A stretch of DNA of 64,000 nt from Escherichia phage vB_EcoM_G17. Positions 1 to 8,952 of this stretch are shown piece after piece. The position numbers were made by a program, and so were the translations under genes. A model generated the notes under the pieces. The model was not told the DNA's origin. It did no database searches and saw nothing but the letters and a program-made list of their open reading frames with translations. The stretch's first letter is position 1. The number at the start of each line of letters is the position of its first letter. The stretch lies in sequence record MK327931.1. One strand, given 5' to 3'.

Positions 1-871
1 CTTTAAAGAGGAAGTCTGCCCAAGCTTCTTCTTGACGGATAGCAGACATAAACATTTCCAGTACTTCATCATAACACTCTTCTGCTATTTTTACCATATC
101 TGGATCTTCTTTTTTCAGAAGACGTAGAATCATTTGGGTTGCTGCTAGGTGTAGGTTTTCATCACGACAGATTAGACGGATAATCTTAGCATTACCTTCC
201 ATTAGATTGTTTTCAGCAAACGCCCAAGAACACGCAAAGCTTGCATAAAAACGAACACCTTCAAGAATGTTAATACTATTCAGACACAACCAAAGTTTTT
301 TCTTTAGTTCGTACAAACTAATTTCAACTGTTTCACCATTGATTGTATGTGTCCCAACGCCCAATGCACGGTATAAAGTTCCTAATACATCAAGTTCATC
401 GTAGTATTTGGAAACATCAGCCGCACAATCTGTGATTTCTGGAATGTCCAACATAGTATCAAATACTTCAGATGGATTAGGATAAATGTTACGAATAATG
501 TGAGTGTATGATTTGCTATGAATCGCACCTTCAAAGAATGCCCATGTCTCTATAAAGTTCTCTAGTTCAGGTAGAGATGCATATGGAAGTAACATTAGGT
601 TTGGACCACGACCTTGTACGGAATCAAGAAGAATTTGACGTTTCAAGTTAGAGGTAAAAATGTGCTTCTCGGAATCATTAAGGTTGGCAAAATCAATTTT
701 ATCTTTAGATACGTCAACTTCACCAGGAGTCCAGAAGAAACTTTTCTGTTGCTCTGTTAGTTTTTCAAGTGTAGAGTATTTGTTACTTTCAAAGCGTTGG
801 ATATCAACACTTTCATCAAAAAACATATTTTTTTCTAGGTGAGACTTCTCGTTAATTTTGAAAACTGACAT
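1..871 (-). CDS. nrdB: Ribonucleotide reductase class Ia beta subunit (NrdB); C-terminus cut by window edge
   Basis: Not in ORF track because it is open at the edge. Manual minus-strand translation from ATG at 869-871 gives MSVFKINEKSHLEKNMFFDESVDIQRFESNKYSTLEKLTEQQKSFFWTPGEVDVSKDKIDF...ETWAFFEGAIHSKSYTHIIRNIY..., closely resembling E. coli/T4 NrdB as recalled. Lies directly downstream of nrdA. Confidence 0.9.
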   Translation of the reverse strand, partial: MSVFKINEKSHLEKNMFFDESVDIQRFESNKYSTLEKLTEQQKSFFWTPGEVDVSKDKIDFANLNDSEKHIFTSNLKRQILLDSVQGRGPNLMLLPYASLPELENFIETWAFFEGAIHSKSYTHIIRNIYPNPSEVFDTMLDIPEITDCAADVSKYYDELDVLGTLYRALGVGTHTINGETVEISLYELKKKLWLCLNSINILEGVRFYASFACSWAFAENNLMEGNAKIIRLICRDENLHLAATQMILRLLKKEDPDMVKIAEECYDEVLEMFMSAIRQEEAWADFLFK

Positions 872-901
872 ATATATTCCTTTATATATTTTGAAATAAT
901 A

Positions 902-919
902 ATCCCGCCGAAGCGGGAT
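902..919 (-). terminator. Intergenic stem-loop between nrdA and nrdB (attenuator or partial terminator)
   Basis: Inverted repeat atcccgc-cgaa-gcgggat, 7-bp GC-rich stem with a 4-nt loop, followed on the minus strand by a U-rich stretch. Confidence 0.4.
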
Positions 920-925
920 CTTAAA

Positions 926-3244
926 TTAGATTTTACAACTATCACAATCACCTTCATCCAAATCAGGAAGTGATGGTAATACAAATTGTCCAGATTCTGG
1001 TTTGGCAGCTTCTTTCAGTACTTTTTCAACGTCTACTTCATCTGAACCATCATTTGTATTATGATAATAAAGATTTTTCAAACCAACTTTATATGCATAC
1101 ATAAGTTCAGTTAGAAGAGTTGACATTGGCAACTTACCATCAGGGAAGTGTATTGGGTTATAACTAGTATTAACACTGATACTTTGGTCAATGTATTTTT
1201 GTAGAACACCACAGATTTGTAGATAACCAATGTTATCTTTCTGATCCCATAGTAAATCATATTTGTTTTTCAACTTATTGATTTCTGGAACTACTTGTTT
1301 AAGAATACCATCCTTAGATAGTTTCTTCGTTACAAGAGAACGTGGCTTTTCAATACCGTTAGTACTGTTACTGATTTGTGCACTTGTTTCTGCTGGCATT
1401 AATGCCATTGTTGTTGCGTTACGAATACCATATTCTTTGATATCGGCACGTAAGGATTCCCAATCTTGTTTTAGTTCTTTAGTTACTAATTCATCAATGT
1501 CCGATTTATAAGTATCGATTGGAAGGATACCTTTGGCATATTTTAGATTATCAAATCCTTCACACTTACCTTTCTCTTTAGCAAGCTGTACAGAAGATTT
1601 AATTAGATAGTAAGACCATGCCTCGGCCCACTCGTTAACTGTTTCTAGTGCTGCTTCATTATAACGTAAACCACGTTTAGCAAGGAAGTATGCAAAGTTA
1701 ATAATACCAACACCTAGTGGACGATACATTTTTGTAGCACGGTCAGCATGAACTACTGGGTAGTCTTGATAGTCTAATAGAGAATCAAGAGCACGAACAG
1801 AAAGATCACATGCCGTTTCCATATCTTCTGGACGGTCAAAGTTACCCCAGTTGATTGCACTCAATGTACATAAACTAATCAAACCTTCCCCAGTATTAAT
1901 GTCATCAAATGGCACAGATGGTAGTGCGATTTCTTGACACAAGTTGGATTGTTCAATAGGTGCAATAGATTCAATAAATGTTGAATGAGTGTTTGCATGG
2001 TCAATATTTTGAATATAGATACGCCCAGTTTCAGCACGCTCAGTCATTAAAGTACTGAATACTTCAACAGCAGGTACGGATTTTTTACGGATGCTTTGGT
2101 CAGCTTCGTATTTTTTATATAACTTTTCAAATTCTTTTTGATCAGAGCAGAATGCTTCATATAGCCCAGGGACTTCATTAGGACTAAAGAATGTAATATT
2201 CTTTCCATCAACCAAACGTTGATACAAAGTTTTGTTTACTTGGAAACAATAGTCCAGTTGACGCACACGGTTAAACTCAGTACCTTTGTTATTTTTAAGG
2301 ACTACCAAGTTATCAAATTCCAAATGCCACAATGGGAAGTGAACAGTTGCTGCACCACCACGAACACCACCTTGTGAACAGCTTTTAACAGTCTTAGCAG
2401 TAGCTGCAATGAACGGAATCAGCCCAGTGTGTACTGCATCACCTGAACGAATCTCGGAGTCCAGAGCACGAATGCGGCCCATATTAATACCAAGACCAGC
2501 TTTACGTGAAATATAACGTAGAATAGCGTGGTTAGAGGAACCAATACTATCCAAGCTGTCACCAACGTTTAGTACTACACAAGAGCTAAACTGACGTGTA
2601 TTTGTACGTAGACCAGCCATAATAGGCGTAGGAAGACTAATGTCAAAGTTACTTACTGCATCATAAAACTTTTTAACATATGACATACGAACAGAACGAT
2701 CATACTCCATAAAGATGATTGCTGCAATAGTCATATATGCCATTTGTGGAGTTTCATAAATTTTCTTAGTAACGCGATTTTTGTAAAGGTATTTTCCTTC
2801 CCATTGACGCATTGCAACATAAGTAAATTTATCGTCACGTTTATGTTTGATATAACGTCCAAGCTCTTCTATTTCTTGAAGAGTATATTTCTCAAGAATT
2901 TCAGGATCATATATTTTGGTATCAACCATTTCTTGAAGATGAGCAGTATATTTAATTGGGTCATACTGCCCATATACTTGCTTACGAATACTATAGTTTA
3001 ATAGTCTTCCAGCAACATATTGGTAATTAGGTGTATCTTCTGAAATAAGTTCTGCTGCTGCTTTAATAAGAATATCATGAATAGTACTAGTTTCAATACC
3101 TTCATAAAACTGAAGCTGTGCTCGGATTTCAATTTCAGAAACTGAAATACCACTTAAACCTTCAGCAGCGAAAAATAAAATTTGATGGATCTTATCCAAT
3201 GATAACGGCTCTTTCATTCCATTACGCTTGGTTACGTTAATCAT
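926..3244 (-). CDS. nrdA: Ribonucleotide reductase class Ia alpha subunit (NrdA)
   Basis: 772-aa ORF, ATG confirmed at 3244. N-terminal ATP-cone-like region and overall NrdA-like sequence; followed by nrdB. Confidence 0.92.
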   Translation of the reverse strand: MINVTKRNGMKEPLSLDKIHQILFFAAEGLSGISVSEIEIRAQLQFYEGIETSTIHDILIKAAAELISEDTPNYQYVAGRLLNYSIRKQVYGQYDPIKYTAHLQEMVDTKIYDPEILEKYTLQEIEELGRYIKHKRDDKFTYVAMRQWEGKYLYKNRVTKKIYETPQMAYMTIAAIIFMEYDRSVRMSYVKKFYDAVSNFDISLPTPIMAGLRTNTRQFSSCVVLNVGDSLDSIGSSNHAILRYISRKAGLGINMGRIRALDSEIRSGDAVHTGLIPFIAATAKTVKSCSQGGVRGGAATVHFPLWHLEFDNLVVLKNNKGTEFNRVRQLDYCFQVNKTLYQRLVDGKNITFFSPNEVPGLYEAFCSDQKEFEKLYKKYEADQSIRKKSVPAVEVFSTLMTERAETGRIYIQNIDHANTHSTFIESIAPIEQSNLCQEIALPSVPFDDINTGEGLISLCTLSAINWGNFDRPEDMETACDLSVRALDSLLDYQDYPVVHADRATKMYRPLGVGIINFAYFLAKRGLRYNEAALETVNEWAEAWSYYLIKSSVQLAKEKGKCEGFDNLKYAKGILPIDTYKSDIDELVTKELKQDWESLRADIKEYGIRNATTMALMPAETSAQISNSTNGIEKPRSLVTKKLSKDGILKQVVPEINKLKNKYDLLWDQKDNIGYLQICGVLQKYIDQSISVNTSYNPIHFPDGKLPMSTLLTELMYAYKVGLKNLYYHNTNDGSDEVDVEKVLKEAAKPESGQFVLPSLPDLDEGDCDSCKI

Positions 3245-3288
3245 GTGTCATCCTTGTTTTTTGATGTAAATTTCTTTTTTTAGTGGAA

Positions 3289-3310
3289 GAAAAAGGCGGG
3301 ACGCCTTTTA
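3289..3310. terminator. Bidirectional rho-independent terminator-like hairpin
   Basis: aaaggcg-gga-cgccttt stem-loop flanked by an A-run and a T-run, between the 193-aa gene and nrdA. Confidence 0.5.
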
Positions 3311-3889
3311 AGGTTTGTCCCACCCACGATATACAAATTCTATATGATATCCTGAATTTAAATAATCCGAGTTAACTATGTTAAATTGCATATTTCCAGT
3401 TGTAGAATCATATGCAGGATCTTCAAATGAGATAGAAATAATTGCGTCAGTTCTATTTGTATTATTTGACTGTGCAATCATCGTGTTTGTACCAGCAGCT
3501 ACAATTTGAATAGTTCCTGATTCCAAAACCGTTTCGGTATCATCATATGCAATATAATCGATGAATACTCTACTTTCACTTTCAAGAATAACTTCTATAC
3601 TTTCTTGATTTTGTGGAAGATCAACTTTAAACGGTCTGTTAATTATTTTTGATACCGTTCTCCACGGTGAAAATTCTGTAATTATTTCTACGTTTTCTTT
3701 ACCTGAATTTGGATCAGTAGTCCAAGTTCTACCTGCAACTAAGCTGGCGGGGTCAGATGATGATGGAAGGCCAATAAAAACACGACCCACATCAGTACTG
3801 AATCCTATCTGACCTTTTTCTAATGCATCAGGTAAGTCTCTCTGTTTACCAGTTCTTACTTGTTGTAAAGCAATTTGTTGTTGTGCCAT
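3308..3889 (-). CDS. Hypothetical protein (193 aa)
   Basis: ORF with ATG at 3889 and SD AGGAGA upstream. No recognisable motifs. Confidence 0.6.
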   Translation of the reverse strand: MAQQQIALQQVRTGKQRDLPDALEKGQIGFSTDVGRVFIGLPSSSDPASLVAGRTWTTDPNSGKENVEIITEFSPWRTVSKIINRPFKVDLPQNQESIEVILESESRVFIDYIAYDDTETVLESGTIQIVAAGTNTMIAQSNNTNRTDAIISISFEDPAYDSTTGNMQFNIVNSDYLNSGYHIEFVYRGWDKP

Positions 3890-3917
3890 AAAAACTATCT
3901 CCTATAGTATTATAGGA

Positions 3918-4472
3918 TTATTTAGCTTTTTCTTTAACTTCCGCAATACGCTCATTAATTAGTTGAGATACAACTGAGCTATCTACAGAAGATAAAATTT
4001 GTTCTGGTACTAAAGATTTTAAATGTTTAACATAGTTGGAAACACTTTTAAATTCTTTAGTCTGTAATGCTTCTTTGATAATGTCCAAATCTTCTTTAGA
4101 TGAAACAACACGCTCAATAACGACTTCATCTTCTTCCAATTCAGGAGCAAGTTCTTCTGCAATAATTTCAACTTCTTCAGAAACTTTAACTTGTTCTTCA
4201 CTATCAACAACATACTCTTGGATAACTTCTGGTGGTACATTGCGTGATACTTCATCAACACTAATATCTTGTGCAATTTGTTCTTTAATTTCTTCAACAG
4301 GTTTAGCACCACGTTGTTTATAATCTTTGATATTTAGAATTAGCTTATTTGATAAATCAAGTTTATCAATCTCTTCTTCACTAAGTTTAATTACTTCTTC
4401 TAAATCATAACCTTTACTTACTAGTGCACGAATTGTATATAGATCTTGTTTCATTTTTTTATGCTGCTCCAT
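3918..4472 (-). CDS. Hypothetical acidic helical protein
   Basis: ORF-track start at 4490 is GTG; first ATG at 4472 has a GGAGA SD. E/K-rich sequence. Confidence 0.5.
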   Translation of the reverse strand: MEQHKKMKQDLYTIRALVSKGYDLEEVIKLSEEEIDKLDLSNKLILNIKDYKQRGAKPVEEIKEQIAQDISVDEVSRNVPPEVIQEYVVDSEEQVKVSEEVEIIAEELAPELEEDEVVIERVVSSKEDLDIIKEALQTKEFKSVSNYVKHLKSLVPEQILSSVDSSVVSQLINERIAEVKEKAK

Positions 4473-5178
4473 TTGATTCAATTTCTCCACGTAAAATATA
4501 GTATTGTTCTACACGTTCAATCCACATATTGACTGCATCTTTGAAGTCTTGACCTTCTATGACAAACTCTTGATATTGTAGATTGTTAGGATCTTTTCTT
4601 ACACAGATGAAAATCACACCACGTTCTATATTAGTACCAAACATTTGATTATGGGCTAATGCATATGCTGCAATTTGCATACGATAATTTTCGATTTGTC
4701 CCCACTTCTTAACTTTACGGGAATTTTTATAATCCATAATGGTTGGGATTCCATCATGAACACCTACTAAATCAGTTGTTCCGGCCCATAAACCTTCATA
4801 GTACAATGGGACTTCCTGTCCCCATACTTCATTAATTCTAGGCCATGCTTCTTGCTGAATTTTGTCAGCCATTCTACGTGCAAGAACTCGAATTGGCATA
4901 CCGCCTTCATGGTCTGGCTTTCCTTCCAATCTAAATTCCAAGTTCTCATGCATAAAAGTACCAACTGTACATGCTTCTAATGTAATCTCATTAGCCTTTT
5001 CTTCACCAACAAATTCTCTCCATTTCTTTAAACCTTCGTCATTCGAGGTCGCACTTAGAATTGTTGTTACTGACGGCAGATTACCTGTTGGAGTTGAATA
5101 AAGGCGACCTTCTGGGCCGCCTTCAATTCTATTGTAACCAACATATGTATATCTGCTAACAATTGGTGGTGTGTACAT
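4459..5178 (-). CDS. PD-(D/E)XK (RecB/Cas4-like) family nuclease
   Basis: 239 aa with AGGAGT SD. Motifs in order: ...GTFMHE..., ...TTDLVGVHDG..., ...MDYKNS... (D-x-K), ...QIAAYAL... (Q-h-x-x-Y), typical of RecB-family nucleases. Confidence 0.55.
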   Translation of the reverse strand: MYTPPIVSRYTYVGYNRIEGGPEGRLYSTPTGNLPSVTTILSATSNDEGLKKWREFVGEEKANEITLEACTVGTFMHENLEFRLEGKPDHEGGMPIRVLARRMADKIQQEAWPRINEVWGQEVPLYYEGLWAGTTDLVGVHDGIPTIMDYKNSRKVKKWGQIENYRMQIAAYALAHNQMFGTNIERGVIFICVRKDPNNLQYQEFVIEGQDFKDAVNMWIERVEQYYILRGEIESNGAA

Positions 5179-5217
5179 CCGTGTACTCCTAATTATAGCA
5201 TTATATTTTAATTTGTC

Positions 5218-5553
5218 TCAGTTTTTTTGTTTATTTGCTGTCACAGCAGCTTTTGTGGCCCAATCTTCAACTTGCTCTTCAGAATCTTGCTCGACTTCTT
5301 CTGAACCTTCTGCTGAATTTCCTGCAAAAGTTACAACATCAGAATTAGCATCCTGTACAAAAGGAAGGGAATTCAAAATGTCCATCATTACATTGTATGG
5401 AACATCGATGTTGGTTCTCTTTTTAATTTCAGAAATCAAAGATTGAACATTTACTTCTTCTCGACCCGTGGACACTAAAGACAACGCAATAGTAGTAATC
5501 ATATTGCGTATATCTTTACCAGGAGCCTCTTCAGTAAGATCACGAAATCTCAT
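5218..5553 (-). CDS. Hypothetical protein (111 aa)
   Basis: ORF with ATG and AAGGA SD; acidic C-terminal tail. Confidence 0.55.
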   Translation of the reverse strand: MRFRDLTEEAPGKDIRNMITTIALSLVSTGREEVNVQSLISEIKKRTNIDVPYNVMMDILNSLPFVQDANSDVVTFAGNSAEGSEEVEQDSEEQVEDWATKAAVTANKQKN

Positions 5554-5569
5554 GTAGAATTGTCCTTAA

Positions 5570-6202
5570 TTATTTTTTAACGTATCCTAGAACACGTTTA
5601 ACTTTCTTTTCATTCTCAGAAAGCCATGTTTTCATTTCTTCTTTTGAACTAAAGTATTTAGTACCCACAGTTCCGCGAATACTTTCCATTTTTACACCAA
5701 CTTTACTTGGTTTAACAGATTCTTTCATTTCACGTTCAGTTGGTACTGGCTCAGAGATAATGTCTTCTTCAAAGTCTGCGTCTGCATCCATATCAAAAGT
5801 TGGGGTATCTGCTGCAATATCAATATCAACATCTTCACTTCCAATATCAGAAACATCTGGACCGTCAGTGATATCACCAGTTAGTTTAAGTGTTTCAGTA
5901 CTGATTTTGTCTTTTACATCCATTAAGGTAGTAACTGCATGTTGTAGTAGATGGCGAACATTATCACTAAAATTTTGTGCAGCATCTAGACCTTGCTCGG
6001 CTTTAATACGGTCAAGTAATGGGCCTAGTACGTCAACACCCATGTTGTTAATAACCTCAGATTGACGTTGGAGTTTATCCACAATCTCACCTTTTACTGA
6101 AAGAACAATTTCTGCTTTTTCAATATTAGATTCATTTAGTTGAATAAACTTCATAGCTTCTGCACGAGAAGCTGCTTCCATTAGTTTTTTATATTTTGAC
6201 AT
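5570..6202 (-). CDS. Hypothetical acidic protein
   Basis: ORF-track start is GTG; ATG at 6202 (MSKYKK...) has an AAGGAAA SD. Contains a D/E-rich segment. Confidence 0.5.
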   Translation of the reverse strand: MSKYKKLMEAASRAEAMKFIQLNESNIEKAEIVLSVKGEIVDKLQRQSEVINNMGVDVLGPLLDRIKAEQGLDAAQNFSDNVRHLLQHAVTTLMDVKDKISTETLKLTGDITDGPDVSDIGSEDVDIDIAADTPTFDMDADADFEEDIISEPVPTEREMKESVKPSKVGVKMESIRGTVGTKYFSSKEEMKTWLSENEKKVKRVLGYVKK

Positions 6203-6234
6203 TTGTATTTCCTTATAAAATATCACTCATTTAT

Positions 6235-6906
6235 TTACTTTATATAACCTTCGCCTTTTAGAAAGTTTAATACACGCTCTTTTAATTTATACGCTTCAGC
6301 TTTCTTTTCTGCAATAATTATATCTAAATCTTTTGCTTCATCATACTTCGATTCATTAAGTACGCGTTGACGTTTCTGGGCTGCTTTCAATGCTTCACTA
6401 ATCACATTCGTGTATTGAAGACCCGAACTGATTATACCAAGTACTTTTGCATCTGTCAACATTCTTCCTTCATTAAGAAGATTAACTAATGTAAGTGCTG
6501 CTTCATACATCATAATATTATTCATGATAATTTGTGAACTATGATTACACTTAATGCTATAAACTTTAGTAGATTTAGTACCTTGTACTTTTTCTTCCAC
6601 TAAACTCCAATTAGTTTTTGGTTTAAGAGGTGCTTGTGATGGTCGTGGCGAAGGTACTGGTGAATTCCCTGATAAATGTTCATTATACGGAGAATTGTAT
6701 TGAACCATATGTGGATGTTGTGGTTCACCATAATCCATACCTGCTTCATTTAATGAAGTTAAAATAGAAGCCATAGCACCGATATCACCACCAGTTTTAT
6801 ATGGAACCCCCGATGCGTTATGTGTTTCACCAGCTTCAATGTCATTCAATCCACTTAACAAATCAGCCATCTGATTAACTGATTGTTGATCATATTCGTA
6901 ATTCAT
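6235..6906 (-). CDS. Hypothetical protein (223 aa)
   Basis: ORF with ATG start; start overlaps the stop of the upstream gene. Confidence 0.55.
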   Translation of the reverse strand: MNYEYDQQSVNQMADLLSGLNDIEAGETHNASGVPYKTGGDIGAMASILTSLNEAGMDYGEPQHPHMVQYNSPYNEHLSGNSPVPSPRPSQAPLKPKTNWSLVEEKVQGTKSTKVYSIKCNHSSQIIMNNIMMYEAALTLVNLLNEGRMLTDAKVLGIISSGLQYTNVISEALKAAQKRQRVLNESKYDEAKDLDIIIAEKKAEAYKLKERVLNFLKGEGYIK

Positions 6907-7121
6907 TTACTACTCCTAACTGTTTGGTAAGATTCAGTACCGTCATCATTTTCTATTTTATTTAGAACACCACGTGATACCATCTTATCAGCTAATTCCT
7001 GATAATATTCATTTACCTTTTCAACTGGAACAGTACCGCGTGCTTTTATCTTTTGTAATAGTTTATATTCTTCATTAGAAACCATTGTATTGTGACCATG
7101 CACATTTAGTACTGTTCTCAT
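6903..7121 (-). CDS. Hypothetical small protein (72 aa)
   Basis: ATG at 7121 shares one nucleotide with the upstream stop (TAATG); GAGGT SD. Confidence 0.5.
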   Translation of the reverse strand: MRTVLNVHGHNTMVSNEEYKLLQKIKARGTVPVEKVNEYYQELADKMVSRGVLNKIENDDGTESYQTVRSSK

Positions 7122-8065
7122 TAACGACCTCGCATACGATGACAGAAATCGATAATTTGGTCTACCATGTCATCATTATCAGATTGTGATGTGTTTGCCA
7201 TAACACTTTCATCACCATAGATATCATCTTCTTTTTCAATATCAGAAATTGCATGTATCATTTCGCCCATACCAGGTGCGTGATGTGACAATGGTGATGG
7301 TGTATCAGGATTACTATCAGGCTCTAAACTGGAATTAGCCATAAGTTCACTGTTAATTTCTTGTGGAGATTTTTCTTCACGAATTGGATTATTTTGATTA
7401 TCAATAGGATTAACATCACTCAAAGGAAAAACGTTCAACTCATTTGGCTTAGTCCCACTTTTAGTAATAACTAATGATTGCTCCGGTGTTTGTCCTGGGT
7501 CAACACCAACTACAGGTTCAACCGAATCTGTCCCGCTTTGTGTACCAGGAACACTAACTTTCATATTATTAGCATTTCTTTGCAACTCAGCTTGTTTCAT
7601 TTTAGCTTGAGTTTGTGGATTGACTTGTTGTTGACCCTGAGAAACATTCATTTTAGCAATTTGTTTTGCTTGCATTTGTGTGGCTTGATTTTGTAAATCT
7701 TCAAATACAATTGCTTTTAATTCTTGTGTGGTTAGTTTTGTTATATCTGAATATGTATAATTTTTATGATACTCTTCTGCTAATTGCTTTAGTGACATTG
7801 AATCAACAATACTATGAAGTTCAGTGCTTTCATTAATATGTTTGTTAACATTTTTAGTACTAAAATAATTATAACATTCACTCATCTGTGCTTTGTATTT
7901 TTGTAAAATTTGGAATATTTCACGATTGTCAGAATTATCAATCGCAGAATTTAAAGTGATAAAATCACCTGCATCCATATTATCAAGAATAACAGAAACA
8001 TCAACATTCAAATTATGTGCATCTGCGAACTTTTGAAGTTCAGTTGCTGTTTGGTTTATATCCAT
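7121..8065 (-). CDS. Hypothetical Q/N-rich protein
   Basis: ORF-track start at 8119 is GTG; ATG at 8065 (MDINQTATELQKF...) has a GGAGAAA SD 5 nt upstream. Confidence 0.5.
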   Translation of the reverse strand: MDINQTATELQKFADAHNLNVDVSVILDNMDAGDFITLNSAIDNSDNREIFQILQKYKAQMSECYNYFSTKNVNKHINESTELHSIVDSMSLKQLAEEYHKNYTYSDITKLTTQELKAIVFEDLQNQATQMQAKQIAKMNVSQGQQQVNPQTQAKMKQAELQRNANNMKVSVPGTQSGTDSVEPVVGVDPGQTPEQSLVITKSGTKPNELNVFPLSDVNPIDNQNNPIREEKSPQEINSELMANSSLEPDSNPDTPSPLSHHAPGMGEMIHAISDIEKEDDIYGDESVMANTSQSDNDDMVDQIIDFCHRMRGR

Positions 8066-8121
8066 AATTTCTCCATATAAAATAAAAAGACCTCTGTCTT
8101 GCTTTATGATATTTATCACAA

Positions 8122-8514
8122 TTAAGAAAAGGTCTGTTTGCTGATGCTAATGTTAATATCATCACCAGATGTGATAAATTTTGTTATTCGTTTTCCATTT
8201 AATTCGGTTGGTAGAACCAATGGTATACCATTCAAACGAAGTTCGACATCCATTGGTAATGCGAATTTGAATGTGCTTATGGTACATTTTCCCCAAGAAA
8301 TTGGCATGTTATAAAAAGATGAATTATTATCTTTATATAAATCGACTTCATTTTTAACAACGCTTACCATCATTGGATAGTCATATACCATAATAGCTTC
8401 CAACAACCTAGACAAGTTCATAGCACCAGTGAACTTAGAATCTATGATTGTTGGGGTTTTACCATCACCAATATCTACTACAGTGTGAATTGTGTAGAAT
8501 GTATATGGTTTCAT
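8122..8514 (-). CDS. Hypothetical protein (130 aa)
   Basis: ORF in the same-strand gene array; start not verified. Confidence 0.45.
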   Translation of the reverse strand: MKPYTFYTIHTVVDIGDGKTPTIIDSKFTGAMNLSRLLEAIMVYDYPMMVSVVKNEVDLYKDNNSSFYNMPISWGKCTISTFKFALPMDVELRLNGIPLVLPTELNGKRITKFITSGDDINISISKQTFS

Positions 8515-8675
8515 TCTTTGTCCTTATCTTTTTTCTCTACGACTTTGTATCCAAAGAAGTTAGTAGGAGGCAATCTACGATGTAATGGATAATGTAAACC
8601 AGTACTGACTGATGCAATAGCACCTGCTGAAGTAGCTCCAGAAGATGCATTTTCTTTGATATTCTTTTTCTTCAT
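8511..8675 (-). CDS. Hypothetical small protein (about 54 aa)
   Basis: Internal ATG at 8675 with an AAAGGAAA SD avoids overlap with the upstream gene. Confidence 0.3.
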   Translation of the reverse strand: MKKKNIKENASSGATSAGAIASVSTGLHYPLHRRLPPTNFFGYKVVEKKDKDKE

Positions 8676-8676
8676 A

Positions 8677-8949
8677 TTAATTTCCTTTATTACGTTTTTC
8701 ATCAAGTGCTATATTCTCTAACCCTTTTTGAAACTTTTTATAATCTCGGTTTTTTATACTTAGAAATAAGCGTTTTTTTAAATCTTCAGCATCAGTTTGG
8801 TTAAACTCATCTTCAATGCTCTCCAATAAATGAATCACAGAGTTTATTGCGTGGTCGGCACGATTACTAAAACTCTGTAATGTATCTTTCTCTGGCGTAT
8901 AGTCAACTATACTATCAAGTAGATTCTTTTTATTGGATTTACTAGACAT
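8677..8949 (-). CDS. Hypothetical protein (90 aa)
   Basis: ORF in a tightly packed same-strand array. Confidence 0.45.
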   Translation of the reverse strand: MSSKSNKKNLLDSIVDYTPEKDTLQSFSNRADHAINSVIHLLESIEDEFNQTDAEDLKKRLFLSIKNRDYKKFQKGLENIALDEKRNKGN

Positions 8950-8952
8950 TTA

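Noticed and set aside
660-842. 60-aa plus-strand ORF at the start of the window
   Set aside because: Lies antisense within the confidently identified nrdB coding sequence.
1263-3001. Two plus-strand ORFs (82 and 85 aa) inside nrdA
   Set aside because: Antisense to a strongly conserved gene; no SD; hydrophobic junk composition typical of AT-rich antisense frames.
4019-4323. Overlapping 97-aa minus and 95-aa plus ORFs
   Set aside because: Both lie inside the 3918-4472 gene in alternative frames; composition (K/L-rich or S/T-rich) is typical of off-frame reading.
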